64,000 nucleotides of DNA from Macrostomum lignano (lineage: Eukaryota). This document shows positions 63,215 through 64,000 of the stretch, piece after piece. The stretch is from the NCBI GenBank assembly GCA_002269645.1, contig NIVC01001443.1, forward strand, positions 38,443 through 102,442, written 5' to 3'. The translations under genes and the position numbers were made by a program. The notes below the pieces were generated by a model. That model did no database searches and was not told the origin of the DNA. It was given only the letters and a program-made list of their open reading frames with translations. Positions within the stretch are counted from its first letter, which is position 1; each line of letters starts with the position of its first letter.

Positions 63215-63630
63215 AATAGGGGCGGCAGAGAGCGGAGAAAAGGGGCGGCAGAGAGCGGAGAAAAGAGGCGGCAGAGAGCGGAGAAAAGGGGCGGCAGAGA
63301 GCGGAGAAAAGGGGCGGCAGAGAGCGGAGAATAGGGCGGCAGAGAGCGGAGAATAGGGCGGCAGAGAGCGGAGAAAAGGGGCGGCAGAGAGCGGAGAATA
63401 GGGGCGGCAGAGAGCGGAGAAAAGGGCGACAGAGAGCGGAGAATAGGGCGGCAGAGAGCGAGAAAAGGGGCGGCAGAGAGCGGAGTAAAAGGGCGGCAGA
63501 GAGCGGAGAATAGGGGCGGCAGAGAGCGGAGAATAGGGGCGGCAGAGAGCGGAGAATAGGGCGGCAGAGAGCGGAGAATAGGGGCGGCAGAGAGCGGAGA
63601 AAAGGGGCGGCAGAGAGCGGAGAATAGGGG
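63215..63630. repeat. 22-23-bp purine-rich minisatellite
   Basis: Unit ggcggcagagagcggagaa(t/a)ag(g). Confidence 0.95.
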
Positions 63631-64000
63631 GGGGGAGTGATCGGAGGAAGCAAAAAAGCAATCAGAGAAAATATCAAAGAAAAAGGCTCAGACACTGGTC
63701 AGTCTACTGTCAGTAGCATGCCAAGCAAATGCGCCGCCCAGTCGCAGCGATTACTCATTCCCCACAACCCCTTGCGGGCGTCGGACAGGCCGATAAACCA
63801 GGAAAATTCGGCGCCGCACGCCACCTGCCTACTCGCTTTGTTCATATAAGCTGGATTTCCGGCAGCTGATCAAACTGGCTGAATGTTGATGCGTTTTGCT
63901 TTTTTCCCCAGCCACCAACTCAGAAAAATTTCCCCATGCCAGTGATGAATGTAAAAAATATTGAAACTTTGAGGCAGTTTTAATTGGATTAATTTCTATA

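Overview
This is intron-rich eukaryotic (metazoan) DNA; the gene style and repeat-filled introns resemble the flatworm Macrostomum, but that is inference. Five genes can be modelled by hand with phase-consistent splice sites. (1) A minus-strand arginine kinase (<1-4933) built from apparently identical 1852-bp exon+intron units that concatenate at least 3 kinase domains, with two candidate first exons, one carrying an N-myristoylation-type start. (2) A two-exon class I SAM methyltransferase split by a 4.6-kb minisatellite intron. (3) An ELOVL4-like fatty-acid elongase. (4) A GILT thiol reductase with an N-terminal saposin-A-like module. (5) A 16-exon Elk-type KCNH potassium channel (33417-60906) in which 14 of 15 introns carry their own minisatellite. 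Also present: two RTE-like retrotransposon copies with target-site duplications (one with a twin-priming-type 5' inversion), a tRNA-derived SINE, several MITEs and about 30 tandem arrays. The very long ORFs in the ORF track are repeat artefacts. No CRISPR, rRNA or genuine tRNA gene was seen.
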